In this document: positions 14,634 to 25,244 of the stretch, piece by piece
How positions within the stretch are numbered: position 1 is the first letter of the stretch
How the letters are laid out: the number at the start of each line of letters is the position of its first letter
Origin: Camelus dromedarius
Taxonomy: Eukaryota
Reading direction: 5' to 3'
Assembly: GCF_036321535.1 (NCBI RefSeq)
Contig: NC_087436.1
Coordinates: 56,298,001-56,362,000 of the forward strand
Length of the DNA: 64,000 bases
The notes under the pieces: model-generated
The model's input: only the letters and a program-made list of their open reading frames with translations
The model's database searches: none
What the model was told of the DNA's origin: nothing
Made by a program: the position numbers and the translations under genes

Positions 14634-14831
14634 CAGAGATGAAGTAGCCTAATGCACAGGCTGAATCGTGCCCACACACAGGTTTTATTTCTCCCACGTG
14701 GAATTTTTTTTTTAAATTTGAATTAATGAAAAGTGAAAGATTTCACATAAAAACCTGAGCTTCTAACTTCTCTTGAAAAATTAAAGGCTGTATGCCCACT
14801 GGGCCTGCCCTCCTGCCCACATCTGGTGCTT
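14634..14831 (+). mobile_element. MER102 (hAT-Charlie), 5' part
   Basis: agatttcacataaaaacctgagcttctaacttctcttgaaaaatt ... cactgggcctgc matches the recalled MER102 consensus. Confidence 0.7.
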
Positions 14832-15566
14832 TGGCTGTGAGCACGTTTAGTGTGGACATCTTCACCACAAGCATTTTCGCCACAGAACTAATTGGCCATA
14901 AGGCAATTTTGCTGTAAAAGATAAAATAATTGGTTGACAGTTCGGCTTGACAGTTTGGGTTTCATTTCTCCACTAAGGCAGTGCTCCCATTTTTATATTA
15001 CGTAAATCTGAAAGAGGCTAAGGGCTGAAAGGGCACAGAGTTGAGCCCACATTTCCCATAGAACTTTGAAGCATCCATCGAGGGATATGTGATGTATATA
15101 CCAAGAACATACAGCAGTGTTCAGGCTTTCACAACACAATAAAAAGCTATTACAAATATGCATCCTAATATTTAGAAACTGATACTTCTCTTGATGAAGA
15201 AGAAATTTTAGCAAAAAAGAAAAGTGGAATGCAAAATGAGGAGATGAATCAACAAGCAAAAAAATGCATACTACTACAAATGAAAGACTGAAAACAAGTG
15301 CCTAAGTACAGCCCACAAAATAAAATCAGTGACTTGCACAATATTGCTGTGAGTCAACACACACTTTAAATGCATTTAAATATTTTGTATTTCATACTAA
15401 AGTCCTTTTAACTTCGTTTTCATTTTTCATGTTTCATTATTTTTTAATGTCCCTCTTTAATTTTTTGCTATTTTATCTTTTACGGCAAAATTTGCCTTAC
15501 AGTCAATCAGTTATGTGGCAAAAATGACTACGGCAAAGGTGCCTGTGGTTACAGTGCCTAGAGCCC
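14832..15566 (+). mobile_element. Non-autonomous Mutator-like (MULE) DNA transposon with ~96 bp TIRs and decayed transposase C-terminus
   Basis: 14833-14928 aligns with the reverse complement of 15469-15565. With frameshifts the interior reads RVEPTFPIEL*SIH..IPRTYSSVQAFHNTIK..MHPNI*KLILLLMK, the pattern of MULE transposase C-termini. Confidence 0.8.
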
Positions 15567-15732
15567 ATTCCTGCATAGCTCCGGTGGCTGAAGCCAGTGG
15601 AGACTGAGCTCTTTGAACAGGCTGTGCTCAGCCTCACCGCAGTCTCCACCTCTCCTTATCACTTCTGCCCAACCTGTTTCACACGTTCCTATTACCTGGC
15701 TGCCCTGGGAGGCATGTGGAATGGTGACCTTT
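15567..15732 (+). mobile_element. MER102 (hAT-Charlie), 3' part
   Basis: attcctgcatagc ... cagtctccacctctccttat ... ttacctggctgccctgggaggcatgtgga..gtgacc continues the MER102 consensus after the MULE insertion. Confidence 0.65.
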
Positions 15733-16524
15733 AGCTTATGGATTCTGTGCTTGGTCTTTCAGATGATTTCTTCTATGACCTGAGCCATTTGGTTAAATTA
15801 AAACCTGGTTAAGTTAGTAACTATTTTCACAAAACTCATCACTTGCTAAATGTTTTAAAAATCTAAAAGGCTTACATTGAAAAATAACAGAGGGAAAAAT
15901 ATGTCTTAAAGGCACAGAATTTGCTATATTGTGCTTTTTGTAAAGTCCAAGAGCCCATATTATTGAAGAAAAGCAGTGTATTGCTTTGGAAAATAATTGA
16001 TGGGTGAAGTTGGAAGAACACAGTAGAATGGTATTGTATAATTCCTTAATTTCTCTAATTCTTTTCAAACCCCTCTAGGTTCTTAGCTAGGGGAAAAAGC
16101 TACTAGTTATAATGACATTGAAATAAAATAGTACTTTTTGATTAAATTAGAAATTTAGAGATTAAAGCAAATTCTCAAACAGATAACCAACTCAGATATG
16201 CTGAAGTTAAATGGGTAACATGAATTTCTTTTGGAATTTTAGGTAGATACCAGTAATGTAGATTCTCAGAAGGAAAAAAAATGCTAAATGAAGCTTCTAA
16301 ATAAAGCATATTGTTGACATAAAGATAAGGAAAGTAGGGGACAGAATGATTAAGAATAGAAATAGAAGTATCATAAGGTCAGAGAAAGAAGAAAAGAGCA
16401 GGAAAATGAATAATCAAAACCCAGGAGAAGTGGCCCTGCTCCATGCACCACGTTGGCCACCATTCATGGTGGCCAGGAAGCTCCTCAGTGGCTCAGCCAT
16501 GGCCCCTGCCTTCTTGCTCCACAG

Positions 16525-16758
16525 GATATAGTGGTGGTTGGAGAGGAAAACTTCACCACCCCTTGCTACATTCAGCTGGACGCAGAGGCCTGCCACCTCC
16601 TCTCTGAGAACCTTGGCACCTACGCCCTGGTTGGGCAGTCCACTACCAAAGCAGCTGCAAAGCGCCTGAAGCTGGCCATCTTTGGGCCGCTCTGCTGCTC
16701 CTCTCTGGAGTACAGCCTCCGGGTCTACTGTCTGGATGACACCCAGGATGCCCTAAAG
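16525..16758 (+). CDS. UNC5C: UNC5C coding exon (ZU5 end / UPA domain)
   Basis: Acceptor ttgctccacag|; [37 protein letters not shown]...[13 protein letters not shown]; donor AAG|GTAAGT; 234 nt, phase 0-0. Confidence 0.97.
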
Positions 16759-17319
16759 GTAAGTGGCTCCAGCCTGACCCTTCCATCTCACACCTAGAGA
16801 CGACGTACGTATATGTGTGCACCCAAGTGTGTGAATACAAGTGTTTGGATTCAAACGATGCAGTTACAGAAACAAATGAGACATTTCTCTGAGGCCGAGC
16901 TGATAAATAAGCTGCTTCCATTATGCTGATTCCTCCCAGGGGCTACTTATGTTTACCTTCCTTGATTTCTTTTAATGAAAAATTTAGAAGTGGAAGAATT
17001 TGGCAATGAGACCCGTGGATGGTAAATAATCTGCTCCCCTGTTTATCTCAGCTGTGTTCTTCCTATAAAAGGAATTGGCATGATTGCTCACACTGTATGT
17101 TCCTCTTGTGTGCTGCTTCATTATATGCTTTCCCATTCTTTTTATGAGGACTGTGAGGAATAGGGTTAGCATTTGACAACAGGCTGCTGCTTTGCAGAAT
17201 AAATGAGCTTAATTCTTGGTGCTATTATTGCCATCCATTTTCTCCCATTTGAAGCTTTAAAGGATAGAGTAAGTGCCTTTGAAGATGTTATGATCTGGAA
17301 GGAAGAATAAAAGGAGTAT

Positions 17320-18135
17320 GCCAAGGAGACAAGTCAGATTGTGATAAATGCCTGATGAATGCAGGGTTCTGTGTGAGTTCAGGAGAAGGAGGCATCATAT
17401 TATTTTGAGGAAATCTGAAAAGGAGCTAACATTTGAAACTGGCCTTGATGGAAGGTAGGGTTTGACCAGCGATAATGAGGGGAAAATGCAGGATTTCTGG
17501 GTGAAGGTAACAGCATGAAGAAACACAGAGGAGACAGTAAATACAGACTGTCTATGGGCTTGTTGCTTCCAGAAAGCCTAGAACAGTAGATTGGAGTTTT
17601 ATTGGGATAGACCTTGATGATCAGAGAGAGGATTGGAGATTCAGTTTCTTGGGTTAATGCAGAACTGCTGGAAAGATGTAAATAGAAGAAAAAGATGATT
17701 GGAAATGTTTGTTAGAAATATTAGTCTGATGTCAGTGGAAAGATGAGTCAAGTTAAGAAAAGTGTGGTAGAGCTGGGGTGGTGACAGAGGAGTTAGAAGA
17801 GAAAAGGTATGAAAGGTCCTATTAAGTAACTCTTGCAGGCCCTGGTGACTCAGCCTGAATGGGTGGGGCAGAAGATCCAGTTTGCCACTAAGTAACAGTA
17901 GCAGACCCAGGGGCAGGTAGCTCTGGAGTGTGGATGTGGTGACACTACCTTTGAAGATTGAGTTAGAGGTATGAATTAAACATCGGGACAAAAGTGCCCA
18001 AAGGGACAGTTAGAAATGTAGGTGTGGCTCTCTGAACACAGAGCAGATCCTGAGATACAGACTTAGGAACTAATTATATAATATTGATATTTGTCGTTCA
18101 TGGTCGTTGGGGAGAATATTAAGGGAGAGTGGAGG
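17320..18135 (-). mobile_element. L2 LINE fragments
   Basis: Purine-rich segments typical of L2 (gtgaaggtaacagcatgaagaaacacagagg; tagaaatgtaggtgtggctctc). Confidence 0.5.
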
Positions 18136-18145
18136 GTGAAAATAC

Positions 18146-18340
18146 TAATAAAAATAATAAACATTACTGAGAATTTCCTATGTGCCAGGAAGATTGAGAT
18201 TCTACATATCTTTTATTAACTCTTTTAATCTTCACAACAACCTGAAGGGTATGGTTGCCCTTGTTTTACAGATGTGCAACCCAAGTCACAGAGAGGTTAA
18301 GTAAGATGTCATAGGTCACACAGCTATTGAGTGGAGAAAA
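18146..18340 (-). mobile_element. MIR SINE
   Basis: tttaatcttcacaacaacctgaag ... ttttacagatg ... cacagagaggttaagtaa ... ggtcacacagcta. Confidence 0.8.
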
Positions 18341-19594
18341 CAGGCTTCAGGCTTGGGCAGCTGGCAGCATTCTGGGCTGCGTGAAGAGCCACACCCTAGA
18401 TAGGCACAGGGACAGGGCCCTGCCATTGCACGGGGGGAGGAGGGACAGCCAGCGAAGGAGCTACAGAAGGAGGAGCACCCAGGGGAGAAAGAGAAGTGGG
18501 AGAAAAATACATCAAAGAAGCCAAGGGAAGATTTTTTTCCCCTGAGGATCAAGGTATTTCCTTCTGGAGTTTCCATCCAGAGAGTACTCTGGGTCATGAA
18601 AACTGTTGCACGTTGGGTCCCTGGAAGGGATGAGACGTAGTCAGTCCCTGGATAGATTCTTGATGGTTGAGCCTATAGGAGTTTCAGATGTTAAATAAAT
18701 GATGTGAACACACAGCTCTAGTGTAAAGCTTAAGGTTACTTCTTTTATATTTCCTGCAAATGTGATACTGCTAAGGCACTGACAGGAGAGAAATCATCCT
18801 AGGCTTAAATTCTTCTTAGGGAAAACGGTATTTGTAGGTGAGCCATGGGGTCTGATTAAGGCAAGTCTTTTTAATAATTCAAAGAAAAATCATGGCAAAA
18901 AGCATACCATAGAAGAGCTACATCCTATTTGAAATGTCTGCTAACGCACACTTTGTATTCACACACATAGTTCTTATACTCAGGCACCCTTGACCTTTCT
19001 TCCCAACAGACACGCAAATCCGTGCAAAAAAAAATTTAATAAAATAATTTTGACTGTGTTAATTAGTGAAAAGAGATGCAAATGGTCAACATCGAGAAAG
19101 ATAGATGAACAGGTTTAAGAAGTAAAAACAACCCAAGGGCAGTTTATATCATGGTCAGTGCTTTCCATGTAGACATTTATAAATTCTCAGCATCTGGGGA
19201 TCCAGCACTTAGCCTGAAACAAACATGAATAATGGATAAGGCTTTCCTGTACCTCATGGCCTTTTAATAACGCACAAAATACCAAAACCCTAGTTATAGG
19301 TAAACGACCTATTCAACACACCGAAGGGACAATTAGTTCTGTCCCGCCAACACTGCCTGATGCCCACGCTTGAATTGGAACTTTGGGGCTGATTAACTCA
19401 GAAAGGCCCATTACCTAAATCCTGCCTTCTTGGCACCTTGCCTGCTAATGTTCTCACCAGTCTCTATCCCATCGCCTTGCTCCTCTGGTCCCCGTTACCC
19501 ATAAATACTATCTTTTTGCATCGCCCCTTCCAATTACCTCCTCTTCCTTCAGGCCCACCCCACTCCTCACTCCTGCTCATCCTAAATCCCAAAT

Positions 19595-19770
19595 AGTAGT
19601 TCTCTACACAGCGCACGTTGGAGTCAGTTTGGGAGCTTTAAAAAAAGACTTTTTTCAGGGTCCCCACCCAGAGGTTCTGGTCTGATTGGTATAGGTGTTG
19701 GGTTTGGTTTTTTTGTTTGTTTGAGCACCACCTGGGATACTCTGTTGTGCAACCAAGGTCAAGCTCTATT
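19595..19770. mobile_element. MER5-family MITE
   Basis: gcacgttggagtcagtttgggagctttaaaaaa ... ccccacccagaggttctggtctgattggt. Confidence 0.6.
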
Positions 19771-22700
19771 ATCCTAAACAATTTCACAGGTCTTTTGGGA
19801 ACTTTAATCCTGTTAGTGACAAACTTTCCTCCATACTCAAATCGTCTTCTCCCCCATTCTTTTACCTGCTCACATTAACCGCAACTGGATCTTCCATCCT
19901 TTCTGTCCCTAACCTGCGTCCCTTACAGCCCCTGCAGTGAGGACGACACCCTCTGACTAACCACACAGCCAAGAGGAAAAGTTCCACTTCTAGGGCATGG
20001 CTGTACTTCTGGACTGGCTGTTTTTGTTTTGTTATTCTTTATTCTGTTACTCTGTGATTCATTATCCATTTCAGTTCCTTAGCACAGAATCCCCTTAACA
20101 CTAATCTCCGTCCTGGCAGTACCTGCCTCATGGTCTTTCTTCCCACTCACTTTATTCCCATCATCCTCTCAAATTCAGAATCACCAGTCATCTTCAGCTC
20201 CTTTGCCCAGATTTACCCTAGTAACCCTCACATCATCCTCATTTATCCACCACCAGTGTAGATGCACTTCCTCCTCGTCAGGAACTGCACCAAGGTCTCT
20301 GCCAGCCAGGACCCCCACCTGTGAAACCATCTGACCTTCCATGTCTCTCACACAGGTGCGTGTAAGCTGTGCTTTGCTCTGAAGGGAGACCTTCAACCTT
20401 CCCTGGCCTTCTGGTCCACAGACCTTCATTTGCACTGACCCATATCTATAGGGAACTCACTTCCACTCTGAAATCTCTTGCCATCCGAAGCTGCAGCAGG
20501 TTTTTCTAATTTCTGTAGTTGCAGGTGACCTCCACTGAGCAAGCCCTCTGCTTCTGCTTCCGGGCTATTAAGTTTCTCTAAAAATTCGTAAATTTCTGAT
20601 TGAGTCTCTTATACTCCGAAGACATCTGCCCTGAACCGTGGCTCTGCTGCTACTCCACGGTCCTTTTATTTCTCTCTTCCTCACTAGTGCGATTTCACAC
20701 AGCTCTTCTTCCGGCTCTCTCCCCGTCGCCCCAAATCCCTGATTGTTCCGCAGCCCCTTCATGCTTTGACCTGACGCCTGTGGTGCCACTCAGGGGACAC
20801 CCCCTCCGCTGCTGTTCTTCACCCTGCAGACCTTTTATTTCAGCCTCTTCTCACCGAGTCTGAGCTCTGACGAGAAGGAGCTCTACTTGTCTGCACTTTA
20901 ATCCAGCTCCTCCACCACCTCTACCTCCAGCCCAGCAAATGATGCCTGAAAGTGGGTCTCCCGGGACTTGGTATTTTCTTAGTTACCACTCTGGCCTGGG
21001 CATTAATTGCAGAAATCCTCCCAGAATGTTGAACGAGGGCAGAGAGGGAAGTCCCATACAGCACCCATTTTCAGGTCAGAACCACAGTCTGGAGAAAAAG
21101 GCCGTGCCCAGCGCCTCAATCTGAACATATCGGGAGCCTTAATTCCCACTTGTTATCACATGTGCTTATTGTCCATGTGGCTGGGAAAAAAAGAGACCCC
21201 ACATCTCCCGATGTGTGGGGGGTCTCAGCAACCGCGGGGCATTCTTTCATCTCCTCACCTACCTCTTTGAGTTCAGCAGCTTTTGTGACAGTTTCCCTGA
21301 GTTTTGTTACACTTGGAAGCAAAAATGGTCATCTGAAACTTAAAAGCTGCATTTAGCAATGTGGAAGCATTGATGGAGAGTTAGAATGCCTACAGTGACT
21401 GCTGGGGTGCAGGTCAGGGCTGCCGGGGGACAGTGGGATTCTTTTCTGCACCGTTTAGGTGGATTTGTTTTTCCCTTGTGCGTGTGCTGGGAGGACCAGC
21501 GGGAGCTGTGTGCCAGCTGAGTCCATGTAAAGAGATAAAGATGCTAAGAGCTGGGGGAGTGGTTTAGAACCAATGCTGTTCTCAGATAGAGGGGTCACTT
21601 CTGTTGAAAAGACTGAGTTGGGTTATGTCATGGCTTTTCTTTTTACCTCCTCTTCAGGCGATTAAAGCAATAGTGGTATTCTCCTTTCATTGTTTGCCAA
21701 GACTTAAATCCTAATACAAATAGACCAGAAATTAACAGAGAGCAAGGTTACATTTGGGGTGAGTTTAAAAACACCCAGGGAGAAACTGCTTCTGTGCTGA
21801 CATAAGTAATTTCATCCCCACTATCCTAGGGGTACAGTTAGAAGACTCTCCTTTCCTAATAAAGGGGTTAACACTAAACCCTGAACCTAAAAGAGGAGTT
21901 ATTTGCATATAGTATGGGCAGTGCGTGGATGTTAGCTGAATTTGTGACAAACGTGTACGTGATACAAACCAAATGGTGTGTATCCGTGTAAGCTGGTTTT
22001 CTTCATGTAGTCGTTCGGCAGGGAAGAGTTGCCTTTGGATTACTTCAGTTTTCACATGCCTAATACGGGCTGTGACATAGCGCGGTAACCCTATGAAAGA
22101 TCATACTGTGTGAAAAGATAAGAAAAATGAAACACTGAAAGTGAAAGAAAGTGGGAAGTCTAGTTGAGAATTGTGTGATGCTCGGTTTCTTGGGCCGCAG
22201 TCGTAGACTGTTATTATAGGTAGCTTGTTAGCGGTCTTACTTCATCCTGCCACCTGGTGCTCCCTCCCCAGTGTCCTTCTGATGCCCCTCCACGGCCAGC
22301 TGTGACCCTACTGAGCTCAGAACATGTCAGACCTGCCTCTCCTGGGACAGCTAAGGCTGGCCCTCCACTGGGTTGGCCCCACTGACCGTATCTGTCTTTC
22401 AGTTCCCTTAGACAACCTCAAAACTAGCCTGACTTGTGCTTCATACTTCCAGGATCCTGGTCTCTGGAATTAAGCACATCCACACATGTAACACAGATAA
22501 CAGCAGCAACAGCAACAGGTGTGTTAAAGCTGACAAGTGTGTTTTCCCGGCCCAGTGTGTGGAAGGAAGCATGGTGCGGCAGGAAAGCTTGGGTCCAGCT
22601 GGCCGACTCCATTGGTTCTGCCCCTCCTCAGCTCCGTGGCCCTGCTCATTGAACTTGGCCTCCTCAGACAGTCATTTGGTCTGCGTCAGAGACCCTTAGA

Positions 22701-23076
22701 AGATTCAAGTTGACCAAAGTTATTAAATTTCCTGGCACAAAATAGTCACTCAGTAATGTTAATTATCCATAGGTAGGCATTTAGATTATAATGGCATTTT
22801 GAAGATAATGGCTCAGTGAAGACCTTAACTCTGTTGGTGATGTAATTGTGCAGTGAGTTTCAGGTTTGGTAGCAGGCCGGGTCGGCTGTGTAGGGACAGC
22901 TATTTAAGCAGGTCAGCTATTTGGGGACAGGGTTCGTTTTGATGTCTCTAAATTTATCCTGTCTTTATCATCTTCCCATGAGACTTAGCCCTCACCCTGT
23001 CATATATTTTCAGAATGACCTGCAGTGTCAAATTTATGTTTTGAGAGAGGGGAAAGAGAGAAGAAGAAATAGAAGT

Positions 23077-23579
23077 TGGAGTAGACAGAATAATGGCTCC
23101 CCAAAGATATCTACACACAATGTTCAGAACCTGTGAAGATGTTACCTTACATGGGAAAGGAGACTTTACAAATATGATTAACAGTATGGACCTTGAGATG
23201 GAGAGATTATCCTGGATGGACAGTCAGGGTGGGTCTGATCTAATTACTTAGTGCTTCAAAGTGGGGAACCTTTCCAGCTCTGATCAAGTGGAGATATGAC
23301 CATGAGGAAGGATCAGAGATGCGCCATCGCTGGCTTTGAAGATGGAGGAGGGGACCATAAGCCAAAGAATGTAGGCAGCTCTGGAATGCGGAAAAGATGA
23401 AAAAGCAAATTCTTCCCTAGAGCCTCCAGAGAGGAAGGCAGCACTACCACCACCTTGATTTTCGTCCAGTGGGACCTGTGCCAGACTTCTGACCCCCAGA
23501 GGGTAAGGAGACAAGTGTGTGTTCTTTAAGTCACTAAACCCATCGTCGTTTCTCACTGCAGAAACAGGAAACTAATATA
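23077..23579 (+). mobile_element. MLT1D-type MaLR solo LTR with intact 5 bp TSD (GAAGT)
   Basis: Begins tggagtagacagaataatggctccccaaagat, contains gctggctttgaagatggagga, ends aggaaactaatata; GAAGT at 23072-23076 and 23580-23584. Confidence 0.9.
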
Positions 23580-25093
23580 GAAGTTAAAAATAAATGTTGA
23601 AGGGTGAGAAGAAATACAACATGACTCCAGAGGGTCTAGAATGACCTAAAAAGTCCTGTTCCCGATACACAGATGTGTGAGGTCATCTTTTCCTTAGAAG
23701 TAAGCCCAGATGTGCACAAGTGACACGGCCGCTTCCGTGAGTGCTACCCTTTGGCATTTTGCTTTAAAAGTGTCACAGACAGACGTGACTGGGCAGCTGG
23801 CCATGGCAGCCCAGACCCAGCACCCGTGGTGGTGGCAGCTGTGGGAGCAGCAGGCAGAGCCCTTGAAACGAGGGGCCTTGACGGGAAATGTTTGCATATG
23901 GTCACCTGAGTCCAACCTTGTTATTACGAGGGATGAAGTATGGCAGATAGACTCAGGGAGAGCAGAGCACCCGGCGTGAGCACAGGAGGAGGAAATAATG
24001 CAGCGAGGCTGGGTGCCTGTGATGAGGACCCCAGCAGGTGGGAGAGGCCGGCTGACAGTCAGATGTTCCCACAGCCGGCTCTGCAGCCTGAGGCCCGGGG
24101 CTGGAAGAGGGGTCCACCTGCGGGGGCTGCAAGCAGTGTCTCTGGAAAGCTGGCAGGGAACAGGAGAGGATGGCCCTCTCTCTGGCCTCCGCTTTAGAAG
24201 CGTACAGGCCCACACCTGCGATGGCGACAGCAGAGATGGCCTCTAGCAAAGAGAGATTTCTCATCCCTAAATGACAGGGGCAGGTTTCAACACAGGAATA
24301 AGGAAGGCATAGGAGCAAAGCAGGTTCCATGCAATCTGATGGGAGATGTGATTTTTTAAAACACCAGGCAGTGCAGTTGTTGAGGGTTGGTCTTTTGAGG
24401 TTTAATGTGTGTTGCACGCTGAACGTCTGCCTGTTTGTTCTTTGTGCCTGGAGAGCCCTGAGTTGATGTGGCAGAACTTGCCAAAGGTGGGGTGCAGGTC
24501 TGCAACTGCACAACTCGGCTTCCACGCTTGGTCCAGCACCCTCCCCTCACAGAGGGTGGATTAAGGGTCCCTCTCCGTTGAGCCGTACATCCAGACTGAA
24601 CTGAAAACCCCCGCGTGCAGGGCTGGCTGCTGCCCCATCTACTGCCCTTTGTGTTCTCACCCAGCACGGTCATCTCCGTGTGTCCTCATGAGAGCCACGT
24701 CCACCTGCTCAGGTTCCAGGTGCCACCCCCAGGCTCCTTGGCCGCAGTGAATACAGCCCATTCAGGACTCTGTGCTTCTGTCAAGAATAGAGTGTGCAAA
24801 CAGGGCACATCTAGACGATGCCGAGACAGAAGGGAGACACAATAAAACAAAGCATTAATTTAACCTCCTCCAACCTTCTTTTCTCGAAGAGATTTTAATG
24901 TGTTACATGGGATTTAAGTTTCATCATTTGTGTCTCCCTTTCTGTAGCTGGTAAGACTTCTAAGAAAAGGAGAGGAGTGTTAGAGAGTCATTGGAGGGAA
25001 GATGAGAGAGAGAGAGAAGGAAAGCTAAAGGCTAGATAACTTGCACATTGGATAACTTATAAAGAAACTGGAAGCTAAAACAGGTGTCTTTAA

Positions 25094-25244
25094 GGGGGAA
25101 GAATATAACTCAGGTGGTAGGGCACATGCTTAGTGCACACAAGGTCCTGGGTTCAATCCCCAGCACCTTCTCTAAAAAAAAAAAAAAAAAAAACAAGTAA
25201 ACCTAATTACCTCCCCCCAATTTTTTTTTTAAGATTAAAAAAAT
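25094..25244 (+). mobile_element. tRNA-derived SINE, camelid Vic-1 type, with TSD
   Basis: Pol III A box (ataactcaggtggtag), B box (ggttcaatccc), internal A tract and aaacctaattacctcccccc tail; flanking near-identical repeats taaaacaggtgtctt (25076-25090) and tagaacaagtgtctt (25245-25259). Confidence 0.85.

Noticed and set aside
20331..20361. Second AG|GT recursive-splice-like junction (cacacag|gtgcgt)
   Set aside because: Weaker donor within L2-like pyrimidine-rich sequence; expected by chance in a 13 kb intron.
23694..24525. Overlapping 173-190 aa ORFs
   Set aside because: GC-rich intron sequence depleted of stop codons; no recognisable homology or splice support.
25094..25168. tRNA-like sequence
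   Set aside because: It is the head of a SINE with A tract, tail and TSD, not a tRNA gene.
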